DNA of 63,685 nucleotides, counting the filler. It is 8 parts of 8 records of this genome, joined end to end, with 100 filler letters (N's around TTAATTAATTAA, not from the genome) between each part and the next. Parts side by side here need not be neighbours in the genome. Positions count along the whole stretch, not along the records: positions 1 to 10,618 come from SRR31147125_8229; positions 10,719 to 16,929 come from SRR31147125_8233; positions 17,030 to 22,875 come from SRR31147125_8234; 5 more parts are not named here. One strand, 5' to 3'. Position 1 is the first letter of the stretch; each line of letters begins with the position of its first letter. The position numbers and the translations under genes are program-made. Below are positions 10,095 through 20,412 of this stretch, piece by piece. Below the pieces are notes generated by a model that was not told the origin of the DNA, did no database searches, and saw only the letters and a program-made list of their open reading frames with translations.

Positions 10095-10556
10095 TTATAA
10101 AGTTATGTTTGTTGCAGCCATTTCAACTGCCTGAAAGATCTGTTCATAGCCTGTACAACGGCAAAGATTGATAGATAGAGCTTTTTTGATTTCTTCTCTT
10201 GTTGGAGTTGGGTTTTTATCGAGCAAAGCTTTTGCTGTAAGAACCATTCCGGGTGTGCAAAATCCGCATTGAACAGCTCCTACATCAATAAAAGCCTGTT
10301 GGATTGGATGTAGCTTTCCGTCTATTTCCAAGCCTTCGATAGTTAATATTTCATCCGTTTCATTTAGGGCTGAAAGCTTTACAACGCAGGATCTCTTTGG
10401 TTTACCGTTCACTAAGACTGTGCAGCTTCCACATACGCCAATATCGCAGCCTCTTTTTGCGCCAGTTAGTCTAAATTCATCTCTTAAAACATTAAGAAGA
10501 GTTTCGTTCTCGTTCGAGTTTGTTTCATATATTTTGCTGTTAACTTTGAGTTTCAT
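10095..10556 (-). CDS. (2Fe-2S)-binding small subunit (second CoxS-family paralogue)
   Basis: GCDIGVCGSC, QCGFC, NLCRCTGY. Confidence 0.93.
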   Translation of the reverse strand: MKLKVNSKIYETNSNENETLLNVLRDEFRLTGAKRGCDIGVCGSCTVLVNGKPKRSCVVKLSALNETDEILTIEGLEIDGKLHPIQQAFIDVGAVQCGFCTPGMVLTAKALLDKNPTPTREEIKKALSINLCRCTGYEQIFQAVEMAATNITL

Positions 10557-10584
10557 TTTATTTGTTGTTCCTTGTTTGTTTAGT

Positions 10585-10614
10585 TGTAATCCTCGGGCTT
10601 GACCCGGGGATCTA
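10585..10614. repeat. REP/RPE-like palindromic element at contig end (copy 2, inverted)
   Basis: TGTAATCCTCGGGCTTGACCCGGGGATCTA, 28/30 identical to the reverse complement of 1-30. Confidence 0.75.
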
Positions 10615-10618
10615 GTAC

Positions 10619-10718
10619 NNNNNNNNNNNNNNNNNNNNNNNNNNNNNNNNNNNNNNNNNNNNTTAATTAATTAANNNNNNNNNNNNNNNNNNNNNNNNNN
10701 NNNNNNNNNNNNNNNNNN
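10619..10718. other. Artificial contig linker
   Basis: 44 N + TTAATTAATTAA + 44 N. Confidence 0.99.
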
Positions 10719-10719
10719 C

Positions 10720-10866
10720 GTTGCTTCGCATTGCAATTGTATTGCTTCGGCTTACAGTTCTATTGCTTCGACTTGTTATTGGGCTGCTTCGAATTACAGC
10801 GCCCTTGCTTCTGTTTACATTTCCTATGCTTCGACCAATTACTGGTCAGATTGGAATTACCACTAT
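10720..10866 (+). repeat. 21-nt-period degenerate tandem repeat array (at least 6 units plus 1 degenerate; truncated by contig edge)
   Basis: TGCTTC core at an exact 21-nt period (units begin 10720, 10741, 10762, 10783, 10804, 10825); + frame open to TGA at 10879-10881. Confidence 0.85.
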
Positions 10867-10950
10867 ATTAAAAAGAACTGAATGTTAAATATAACGAATA
10901 AAATAAAGAAGTATTATATCCAACATATTATGACATATAAATGGGTTTGC

Positions 10951-13082
10951 TCAAGTACTATGAACTAGATTAATATTATTAATAAAATTGACAGCAGACT
11001 CAAAGTCGAAATAACGTTCTTTTACAATTTCAGCTTGATATTTAATTGGTAAATAGGATCCCCATTTTGAGAATCCAATCAGGGATTCATTTTCATTAAG
11101 TGCATCCATTAAGTAAGCATCAATTTTATTGTAAACTGAATTAACATCGTTTATCAGTGAATTAAATTCAGACTTATCTATTTCTATTTCAAATGAGCTA
11201 TTATGGTCATCTAATGAAGATTCCCTCCCTGTAAGGTTAAATAAAAAACTTAAGCTTTTATTTATTCTTGTTCCTGTAAAAGTATAGAGTAATAATTTAT
11301 CTTCTTTTATAATTAAAGGACGGTCTGTTGAATAATTATTTATCTGAAATCCTTTAAAGTCATGCCTAAGTTCTTCCAATATTGAGGTACTCGCTTCATT
11401 TAATTCGGGAAAAGATTCATTGCTTTTTAGTATGCGCAGCATTTCTTCCCTTATTTTAAAGTGAATATTTCCACTTCCCCCAAAAAACATTGGCTTTTTA
11501 CCATCTCTTGCAGGAATTACAATAATATTTGCTCCCTTGAAATCAATGTCCTTAATCTTCCATATTTTGGCAGCAAGTAATAAGTTTTCGTCGATTTTGA
11601 CTTGTGGAGAGAACGGAATATCACCAATCTTTTTTCCTGAATGAATTACTTTAAAGTTTGGTTCTGTTTTAAAAACACTATAAAATTCACGTGAGTTGAC
11701 TATGTTTTCACCTTCAATTCCTACGATAAGCTCTCGTTCAAAATTTTCAAGATAGTCGGATTTGATAAATTCATCAATTAAACTGTTGATTTCCTGTTCG
11801 CTTAAATAACTGAAAGTTGGATTAACTTGTACCTTTTTAATTAAATTATTTCGGGAACAACCAGAATGTTGTTTTACAATTGAAAGTATTTGATGTAGAA
11901 GAACATCAAAAGGCTTTTTAGCTGTGCTTATTGGCTCAAGAAATTCGGATTTATACAAAATCCAACATGCTAATGATTGTAACAAACTCCATTTGTCGGT
12001 TGCATAAAGATTGACTAGACTTTTCTCACCTTCACGTCTACCACTACGACCAATCCGCTGTACAAGAGATGATACAGAATGTGTTGAATCGATTTGTACA
12101 ATTTTATCTACTGTTCCAATATCAATTCCGAGTTCTAAGGTTGATGTACAAGATATGCAAAAGTTGAAACGTTCATTGGTTTTGGCAAAATGCTCAATAC
12201 TTTCCCTAATTTCTTTATCTACCGATGAATGATGAGAATAGTAAAATTTATGACCGTTCACTTTATCCGAAATTCTCCTAAGCTTAACTGCTACTTCTTC
12301 AGTTCTCCCCCTGCTATTTGGAAAATGAGAACTTTGTTAGAACATGTTTCTTTATATAAATCTTTAAGTAGGTCTAACGATAATTCAGCAGTACTATTCT
12401 TGAAATACTTGAATTTTGCTTCAGTTTCTTTTTTAGCTCTATCAAGTAAAATTTTTGTATTCTCTATATCACCTGTTAGTCTTTTTGCCTCAATATAATT
12501 CTCATCACCTATGGTAGCGGAAAGTCCGATTGTAATAATTTTTGATTTGTTTAATTGTTGAATCCTTGAAAGAATTGACATTAATTGTAATCCACGGTCA
12601 ACGCCTAAAAAGGAATGAATTTCGTCAATGACAATGTAATTTAGGTTGCCAAATAAAGTTGAAACATTGTAAGGAGCATTTACAAACATAGCCTCCAATG
12701 ATTCAGGTGTAATCAATACAATTCCATTTGGATTTTTAATCAGATTTGTTTTCAAAGACTTTTTTGCTTCACCGTGCCATTTCGTAACAGCAATTTCAAG
12801 GTCTTTACATAAATCCTCAATTCGAAAAAACTGGTCGTTGATTAAGGCAATAAGGGGAGAGATATATAAAACCTGAACTCCTGTTTTATTGAAATCGGCT
12901 TTAGATAGTATTGGTAAGAAGGCTGCTTCTGTTTTACCAGAAGCTGTACGAGAAGCAAGCACATAATTATTATCAGTTGACATGATTTTAGCAATAGCGG
13001 CAGCCTGAATTGGACGTAGTTCTTCCCAGCGTTTATCACGAATATATTTTCGTATCGGTTCTGATAATAATTTATAGGACAT
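10951..13082 (-). CDS. Lhr-like DEAD/DEAH helicase (Shango SngC-like), split by a 1-nt frameshift near 12322-12325
   Basis: TASGKTEAAF, DEIH and GLSAT in 12291-13082; TSTLELGIDIG and QRIGRSGRR in 10951-12261; adding one T to the T4 run restores VLIFPNSRGRTEEVAVKL. Confidence 0.85.
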
Positions 13083-14395
13083 TATAATTCTTCTATGCCG
13101 TCAACTAATGCTTCATCAGGTCTTTCATCCGAAATTTCAATGTCAGAAATTAAAGAATTTTTGTCTGCATTTGGATTCTGTCTTAAAATGCTAAGAATAT
13201 TTAAAAAATCCCTGATTACTTCACGAGGCGTTAAAAATTCATCAGCACCAGGTTTATTAAACATTTCTTCCATGAAAAGGCGAATATCTTCATCAGTAAT
13301 GTTTATGTTAACATCGAAATTTGTATCAAAAATTCCTTTAAGATTTTTAAGGAGAACAAAAATCTCATTATGATTTAATGGTACGAGCTTAATAACAGGT
13401 TGGGCTAAATCACGATATTCCAAGGTTTCAAATTTATTGGTTTCAAGTCTTGTTTTAAGAGCATCGTAACTGAACAAACCTCGTCTTTCATTTTCCAGAA
13501 AGTCTTTAGTACCTGCAAAGTTGATAAAGAGGTTTGATACCTTACCTTGGAAACAATCATTGAAAATGGTCAATATTTTTTCGTAATTCTTTGCTCTCAT
13601 ATTTGCCGTTGAAATTTTGTAAAGATTAACGGCTTCATCAAGATTTATCATGAATCCACTATACCCCATACTTACAAACAACCGACAGAAGTTTTTAAGC
13701 ATATCATAGTAGTTCAAATCATTGACTATTTCCCGTACACCCAAATCCTGCCTTGCTTCCGTTTTAGTCCTATATTCTCCTTTTAACCATTTCAAAGCAC
13801 TTCTGCGCAAAAACTCATCGTTCTTGATATAACCTTCGTAATATTTTATAACGACAACCCCAAAATCAAATCCGCCAGTTTCAGTGACTTCATTAACAGT
13901 TTGCATAATGTTTTCCTGAATCAGATTGAAATATTTCTCGTCTCTGATTTCTGTAATTGGAATATTATTTATTTGAGCCGTTTTAGAAACAACTTGCTCA
14001 ATCCATTTATCTAATAATGTTGGTAATGCACCGCCTTCTGGTTTTGTTTGTATTGCAATATTATCCATTATGGCACTATACAGAACAAGAGCTTTGCCAT
14101 CATTTGAGTATAGTCTGTTGTCAGGAGTAAAATCGGCATTTGCTACAACAAACTTTTGTTTGGTAGCAACGGTATTAATTAAGTGTAGCATGAATGATTT
14201 ACCTGAGCCAAAGTCGCCAATCCAGAACTTAACCATGCTATGACCATTTTTGACATCTTCTAAAGCACTTGTAAATGCTTCTATTTCTAGTTGTCTGCCT
14301 ACTGTAATATGTTGTACTCCAATTCGTGGTACAACACCACCTGAAAGTGAATTTATTATTGCAGTAGCTTCTTTTGCTTTAATCTTTAACGCCAT
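13082..14395 (-). CDS. P-loop ATPase (DUF2791/BrxD-like; Shango SngB-like)
   Basis: SLSGGVVPRIG, Walker A GDFGSGKS, Walker B INLDE, TPREVIRDF. Confidence 0.88.
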   Translation of the reverse strand: MALKIKAKEATAIINSLSGGVVPRIGVQHITVGRQLEIEAFTSALEDVKNGHSMVKFWIGDFGSGKSFMLHLINTVATKQKFVVANADFTPDNRLYSNDGKALVLYSAIMDNIAIQTKPEGGALPTLLDKWIEQVVSKTAQINNIPITEIRDEKYFNLIQENIMQTVNEVTETGGFDFGVVVIKYYEGYIKNDEFLRRSALKWLKGEYRTKTEARQDLGVREIVNDLNYYDMLKNFCRLFVSMGYSGFMINLDEAVNLYKISTANMRAKNYEKILTIFNDCFQGKVSNLFINFAGTKDFLENERRGLFSYDALKTRLETNKFETLEYRDLAQPVIKLVPLNHNEIFVLLKNLKGIFDTNFDVNINITDEDIRLFMEEMFNKPGADEFLTPREVIRDFLNILSILRQNPNADKNSLISDIEISDERPDEALVDGIEEL

Positions 14396-14398
14396 ATA

Positions 14399-16929
14399 TT
14401 ATTTTGCTATTTCGTTATAATATGATTCTTCAATTATGTAGTTCTCGTCATCTTCCTCAATTAACGCTTCCCCATCTAAAAGTTCTTGACATGCTTCATT
14501 GATACTGTCAATCAATTGATTCTTAAACATTCCATTTTCCGTTGCATACTTATCGACTTCATCCTGATGTATTCCAAAAGAATTAGAAATTATTCTTTTC
14601 ACAAGTTCTTCCTGAACTTTACCCATATTAATGTCAGGTTTGAAAATGGAATGATTTTCCTTGGATGGTAGAATTGTTACTTCTATTTCTTCATCGGAAG
14701 ACTCTTCTATTAATGTCTCAGTTTCCTCTTGTCCAGATTCAAGAAACTCATTTAATAATTCTACTGTCCCCTCATGTTTTTGCTCAACTTCTTTTATTTC
14801 GGATTTATCCAGCTTAATTTTCTTTCTCTTAGGGATGTAGATTTGTGCAATCCTATCTAAAGCTTTTTGAATGTCTGCTGTTTCAATTAATTCTGAGATA
14901 ATATTTTTAAAATCATTGATTTGCTCTTCTGTTTTAAATAATGATTTTTGAACTGTTTTTGTCAATTCACGGTTATCAAATTTCTTTGATTTTAAATCAT
15001 AATAAATGTACTTGGCATAATATTTCAATGACTGTACCTTATCATATTTTGCGATGAATTTTGAAGCTTCAAATAATACATTTTCAATATTTTGATTTTT
15101 TTGGTTGGTTTCTTCCAAATGAATTACACCTTCAATGAAATTGTCCTTTTCTTCTATTTTGAAGTTTTCTTTAAGTAAATCAAACTCAATTTTCCACCTA
15201 TTTACATTTTGTATATTTAAAGCAATTTGCGTAGCTATATCGGGATTTCCGACATTGCTTTTAAGTTCGTCAATAAGCGTATTTAAAAGATTACCTATTC
15301 TTTCCTCAAATTCATTTGAAAGGTTTTTGTCAGCGAATGGAAAGTCACCAGAGACTTTTCGTTTATGCCCGTATGAATCCCTTACAGAATTTTCAATACG
15401 TTTAAACATTGTCAGATAAACTTCCGATTCCGCTTGATTTCCTAAATAACTTGTATCATATCCATAGTAATTCCAGTCAGAATGGCGATTTTCATATATT
15501 GTTTTAAGTTTCTCTTTAAAATAAGTTACTTCTTTTGCGAGTGTTGTTTCTTTGCGTTTCAGTTTCTGGTTTAATTCTTTAAGAATTGTAACGTATTGCA
15601 TTATTGTAGCAACGCAACAACCTTCAATAGCAAGAAATACATTTGAAGGATTATAGAATTTATTAAGCCACCGGATTTCCTGTTTGTCAAGACCGAGTTT
15701 ATCCTTGTATTGATTGCCAAGTTTATATAAATCGGGATTATAGTCGGAATAGCCATATTCGAATTGATAACTTGGCTGTTCAAGGTCTTTTAATTTGTCC
15801 ACAGAATATGAATCTGTTCTTTTTCTGAGTTCATCTTGGAGTAAGCGTAATGTATAGCTTCTGGTTTTTGGACAAATCTCACCAATTAGTTTAAATTGTT
15901 CATCTAGTAGTTTTATGTCTCGGTGACCCTGATATTCATTTAAAAAGTCAAAATATAATATGAATGCGTAATTCGTGTTTCCTTGAATATCTACAAACTC
16001 ACCCTTTAAAACCTTATTTTTCATGTATGTGTAAAACTTCCTCTGGGCTTTTGACGCACTGTTTATTGCATCATAAGAATATACATAAGAATGTTGCCAA
16101 TATGGTGGTTCAAGTTGTTCTGAAGTTGAAATAGGGATTTTCTCAACAGTTAAATCAAGTTTTTCGGAATTAACATCGATTATTGTTGAATCAGATTTTT
16201 GACCGTAAGAGGCTTGTACAGTTTCAAATTGCGCATTTGGATATACGCTTTTAATTAATTCTTTAATCTGATAGATATTGGTAATACTTGCACCGCTTGG
16301 CATTTTTAAATCCAAATCAATTGCCGAATTTAATATCTCATTTAGTTGTAAACCTTTGTTATATAACCTAATTACATTTGTTTTAGAATCAAAAGTTGGT
16401 TTAGTTATAACTTGTTGATTTCGGAAAGGTGCTTTGTTGGGTGTTGCTTTTGGTTGTCGTTGATTCTTTTTCTTTATACCTCCATTGAATTTGTTATGAA
16501 ATTTATTTTCGTTCATTGTAGCATACCGAATGAAATCAATTAACCCTATCAATGTTGGAATGAAAGTCCAACAGAATAGTATCGAAAGAACACCCTTATT
16601 AGATTCTCCTAAATAGAATTTTTGAAGTCCTAACGAACCAAAAAAGAATGAAAGCAAAGTTGTCGTTGATTGACTTCGATATTTATCACCAGATTGTTTT
16701 AAGATAATGGCAACTACTATAGTTAAAGCAAGAAGAATCAAAACAATTAAAAATGTATTTCCTCCTGCTGTATCTGTCTCTTCAGGGATTAGAATTGGTT
16801 GTAAATATTGTTTTGCTGAATATCCTATTTTATCCTGATATTGTACTTTAACCCAATTATTACCTGTACTATCAATCATTTTGACTGTATCACCTTTCGC
16901 CAATACAGTTAATGATTTGTAGTTTCTCC
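14399..16929 (-). CDS. TerB-N/TerB-C-like protein (Shango SngA-like) with N-terminal SH3b, TM helix and TM2 domain; 5' truncated
   Basis: Frame open to the contig edge (RNYKSLTVLAKGDTV...WVKVQY...GY, SH3b-like); FFGSLGLQKFYLG...LFCWTFIP (TM2-like); PPYW...YDAI...Q..FY...YAFILYF (TerB-N-like); LIDSINE...LIE (TerB-C-like). Confidence 0.8.
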
Positions 16930-17029
16930 NNNNNNNNNNNNNNNNNNNNNNNNNNNNNNNNNNNNNNNNNNNNTTAATTAATTAANNNNNNNNNNNNNNN
17001 NNNNNNNNNNNNNNNNNNNNNNNNNNNNN
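16930..17029. other. Artificial contig linker
   Basis: N-run with TTAATTAATTAA. Confidence 0.99.
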
Positions 17030-17030
17030 G

Positions 17031-17396
17031 TGGACAAATCGTAAAACAACTCACATGATCTCACTTATACTTGGAGGATTAGGATTGGCTTCAATTTACC
17101 TGATAAAAGATCCAAATGTATTGATTATTTCAATGTTGGGTGTAGGGGTTGCCTGGGCAAGTATTTTATCAATGCCTTATGCCATTTTAACTGGTTCTTT
17201 ACCTTCCAATAAGATGGGAACTTACATGGGTATTTTCAATTTTTTTATAGTAATACCACAAATTTTGGCAGCAAGTATTCTGGGTTTTTTTACCAAAAGT
17301 TTATTTGCCGGTGAAGCTGTTTATGCACTTGTTTTAGGCGGTGCATCAATGATAATTGCTGCTTTAACAGTGATGTTTGTAGATGATGAAGATTAG
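17031..17396 (+). CDS. MFS maltose/sugar transporter, C-terminal part (5' truncated)
   Basis: GVAWASILSMPYAIL...GTYMGIFNFFIVIPQI. Confidence 0.88.
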   Translation, partial: WTNRKTTHMISLILGGLGLASIYLIKDPNVLIISMLGVGVAWASILSMPYAILTGSLPSNKMGTYMGIFNFFIVIPQILAASILGFFTKSLFAGEAVYALVLGGASMIIAALTVMFVDDED

Positions 17397-17416
17397 TAAA
17401 ACAGAATTATAGGACA

Positions 17417-18082
17417 ATGAATGAAATAGAAGCATGTTTATTTGATCTTGATGGGGTAATTGTTGACACCGCTAAATATCATTTTTTGGCATGGAGGGAA
17501 CTTGCAGATAAGCTTGGGTTTTCTTTCTCTGAGGAAGATAATGAATTATTAAAAGGGGTTAGCCGTATGCGTTCTCTTGATATTATCCTTGAAATTGGAG
17601 GAATAAACTTATCTGAAGAAAAGAAAGAGGAAGTTGCTTCAAGTAAAAATAAGCTATATCTGGAGTACATAGAAGAGATGGGTGAAGAAGAGATTTTGCC
17701 TGGGGTAAAAGATTTCTTGATTGAATTGCGGGAGCAAAATATTTTGGTTGGTTTGGGTTCTGCAAGTAAAAATGCGGTGCTTATCCTCAATCAACTTCAA
17801 ATAAAACATCTTTTTGATATTGTAGTTGATGGTACAACTATTTCAGAAGCAAAGCCAAATCCAGAAGTATTTCTAAAAGGAGCTTCCGGATTAAATGTAA
17901 ATGCGAAGAACTGTGTTGTTTTTGAAGATGCAGTAGCAGGTGTTCAGGCAGCAAAAAATGCAGGGATGTATTGTATTGGTATTGGGAAAAGTGAAGTATT
18001 GAAAAATGCAGATACGGTTATGAGCGGTTTTTCTGGCTTCAATTTATCAATACTTAAGAAAATGATTGGGAATCAGCAATGA
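17417..18082 (+). CDS. pgmB: Beta-phosphoglucomutase
   Basis: FDLDGVIVDTA HAD motif, GVSRMRSL, SASKNA, KPNPEVF; next to GH65. Confidence 0.95.
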   Translation: MNEIEACLFDLDGVIVDTAKYHFLAWRELADKLGFSFSEEDNELLKGVSRMRSLDIILEIGGINLSEEKKEEVASSKNKLYLEYIEEMGEEEILPGVKDFLIELREQNILVGLGSASKNAVLILNQLQIKHLFDIVVDGTTISEAKPNPEVFLKGASGLNVNAKNCVVFEDAVAGVQAAKNAGMYCIGIGKSEVLKNADTVMSGFSGFNLSILKKMIGNQQ

Positions 18083-18096
18083 TTTAAAAAAATCAA

Positions 18097-20412
18097 ATGA
18101 AAAATTACATAACACATAGTGAGTGGAAGATTATAGAAAAGGAATTCAACCCGGACTATAACAGGATTTCTGAAAGCCTTTTTAGTATTGGAAATGGACA
18201 TACAGGTCAACGGGCTAATTTTGAAGAGAAATATAGTGGAGATTGCTTGCGAGGCAATTATATTGCTGGTGTTTATTATCCTGATAAAACCATCGTAGGT
18301 TGGTGGAAAAATGGTTATCCGGAATATTTTGCCAAAATTCCCAATGCTGCAAACTGGATTGGTATTTACATTAAAATTGATGGTGAAGAAGTTGATTTAG
18401 CAGAGGCTACCATTCATGAATTTGAGCGTGAACTGGATATGCAAAATGCTTTGCTTACCAGATCATTTGTTGCTAGTCTACCGTCAGGTAAAAAAATAGC
18501 AGTTGAAGCTAAACGATTTCTTAGCGTGAAGGGGCAGGAAATTGGAGCCATCCAATATCGTTTAAAAAGTCTCAATTTTACCGGAAACATTGAAATTACT
18601 TCTTTTATTGATGGAGACGTTGTGAATGAGGATTCAAACTATGATGAGAAATTCTGGGGTGAAATCTTCAGACTCGAAAATGGGAATGAGGTATACTTGG
18701 GAATGAAAACAAAGAAAACCGGTTTTCATGTTTGTAATGGTCAACTAACCAAGTTAAGATTGAATGGAGTAGAGCAGAAAATTGATTCTAAAGTTGAAGC
18801 TAAGGATAAATATATTGGTTCTGTATTTGAACTCGAGTTGACAGAGGGGAGCGAGATTCTGATTGAAAAGTATGCAGCAATTATCTCATCACTTTACCAT
18901 TCCAAAGATGAACTTCAAGAACAAGCAAGAAAAGCAATTCAAGAAGCAAGTCGCAAAGGGTTTGAGAAACTATTTGAAGAACATGCTGCAATTTGGAAAA
19001 GCAAATGGGAAACAAGTGATATTCAGATTAATGGAGATGTTGCTGCCCAACAAGGAATTCGGTTCAATATTTTCCATTTAATGCAAACTTATACTGGAGA
19101 TGATGAACGGTTGAATATTGGACCAAAAGGATTTACAGGTGAAAAATATGGAGGCGTTACTTATTGGGATACAGAAGCGTATTGTTTTCCATTTTTCCTT
19201 GCAACTGCACCACAAAAAGTGGCAAGAAATTTATTGTTATATCGATATAACCATTTAGAAAAGGCAATTGAGAATGCTGAAAAATTAGGATTTGAGGAGG
19301 GGGCTGCACTATATCCAATGGTTACAATAAACGGAGAAGAATGTCATAATGAATGGGAGATTACTTTTGAAGAAATACATCGAAACGGGGCAATAGCTTA
19401 TGCGATTTACAATTACATAAACTACAGTGGCGATAAAGAATATCTGGCACCTTATGGTTTTGAGGTTCTATTGGCAATTTCACGTTTCTGGAGTCAGCGG
19501 GTTAACTGGTCAGATGATAAGCAGGCTTACGTAATTTTGGGAGTTACCGGGCCAAACGAATATGAGAATAATGTAAACAACAATTTTCACACCAATACGA
19601 TGGCTGTCTGGACTTTGAAATACACCTTGGAGTCTTTGGTGTACATCAAAAAGGAACATCCATATCTGTATGAGGAAATGATTGAAAAGTGGCGTTTTAA
19701 TGAACTACTGGAGACCAAACGATGGAAAGACATTATAAAAAAAATGTTCTTGCCTTATGATGAAAAAAGAAAGGTTTTCCTTCAGCAAGATGGGTTTCTC
19801 GATAAAGAACTTATTCCGGTAGAATTACTTAACCTATCTGAAACCCCTATAAATCAAAATTGGTCATGGGACAGGATTCTGCGCTCATGTTACATCAAAC
19901 AAGCTGATACCTTACAAAGCTTGTATTGGTTTCAGGAAAATTATGAACTGGATGAGATCGAACGTCATTTTGACTTTTATGAGCCTTTAACTGTACATGA
20001 GTCTTCTCTCTCTTCCTGCGTACATGCTATTCTTGCAGCTAAAATTGGCAGATACGAAAAAGCATATGATATGTATTTGCGTACTGCACGACTGGATTTA
20101 GATGACTATAACAATGACACTGAAGACGGCTTACACATTACCAGTATGGGGGGAACATGGATGGCCTTTGTTGAAGCTTTTGGAGGTATGAGAATAATTG
20201 ACAATGAGCTACATCTGGATCCATTTATTCCAGAGTCATGGGAGTCTTATTCTTTCAGAATTAATTTTAAAGAAGCGCATTTGGAAATTAAAATGAGTTC
20301 TTCCTTAGAAATAAAAAACCACAGCGACAGTTATGTTTCCCTTTTCATTTGGGGAAAAGAGTATCAACTAATCAAAAATCAATCAATCACAATAAAAAAG
20401 GAAATTGTATGA
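18097..20412 (+). CDS. GH65 maltose phosphorylase-like
   Basis: GPKGFTGEKYGG.TYWDTE, HNEWEITFEEIHRNG, IKQAD, HESSLS. Confidence 0.93.
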   Translation: MKNYITHSEWKIIEKEFNPDYNRISESLFSIGNGHTGQRANFEEKYSGDCLRGNYIAGVYYPDKTIVGWWKNGYPEYFAKIPNAANWIGIYIKIDGEEVDLAEATIHEFERELDMQNALLTRSFVASLPSGKKIAVEAKRFLSVKGQEIGAIQYRLKSLNFTGNIEITSFIDGDVVNEDSNYDEKFWGEIFRLENGNEVYLGMKTKKTGFHVCNGQLTKLRLNGVEQKIDSKVEAKDKYIGSVFELELTEGSEILIEKYAAIISSLYHSKDELQEQARKAIQEASRKGFEKLFEEHAAIWKSKWETSDIQINGDVAAQQGIRFNIFHLMQTYTGDDERLNIGPKGFTGEKYGGVTYWDTEAYCFPFFLATAPQKVARNLLLYRYNHLEKAIENAEKLGFEEGAALYPMVTINGEECHNEWEITFEEIHRNGAIAYAIYNYINYSGDKEYLAPYGFEVLLAISRFWSQRVNWSDDKQAYVILGVTGPNEYENNVNNNFHTNTMAVWTLKYTLESLVYIKKEHPYLYEEMIEKWRFNELLETKRWKDIIKKMFLPYDEKRKVFLQQDGFLDKELIPVELLNLSETPINQNWSWDRILRSCYIKQADTLQSLYWFQENYELDEIERHFDFYEPLTVHESSLSSCVHAILAAKIGRYEKAYDMYLRTARLDLDDYNNDTEDGLHITSMGGTWMAFVEAFGGMRIIDNELHLDPFIPESWESYSFRINFKEAHLEIKMSSSLEIKNHSDSYVSLFIWGKEYQLIKNQSITIKKEIV

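Noticed and set aside
10720-10866. CRISPR array interpretation of the 21-nt repeats
   Set aside because: The period (21 nt) and conserved core (about 7 nt) are far too short for CRISPR and no cas genes are visible; kept as a separate finding.
13082-14395. Type 2 BREX/Pgl assignment from the BrxD-like ATPase and helicase
   Set aside because: No pglX, pglZ or pglW on the contig; the upstream TerB-like gene fits Shango better.
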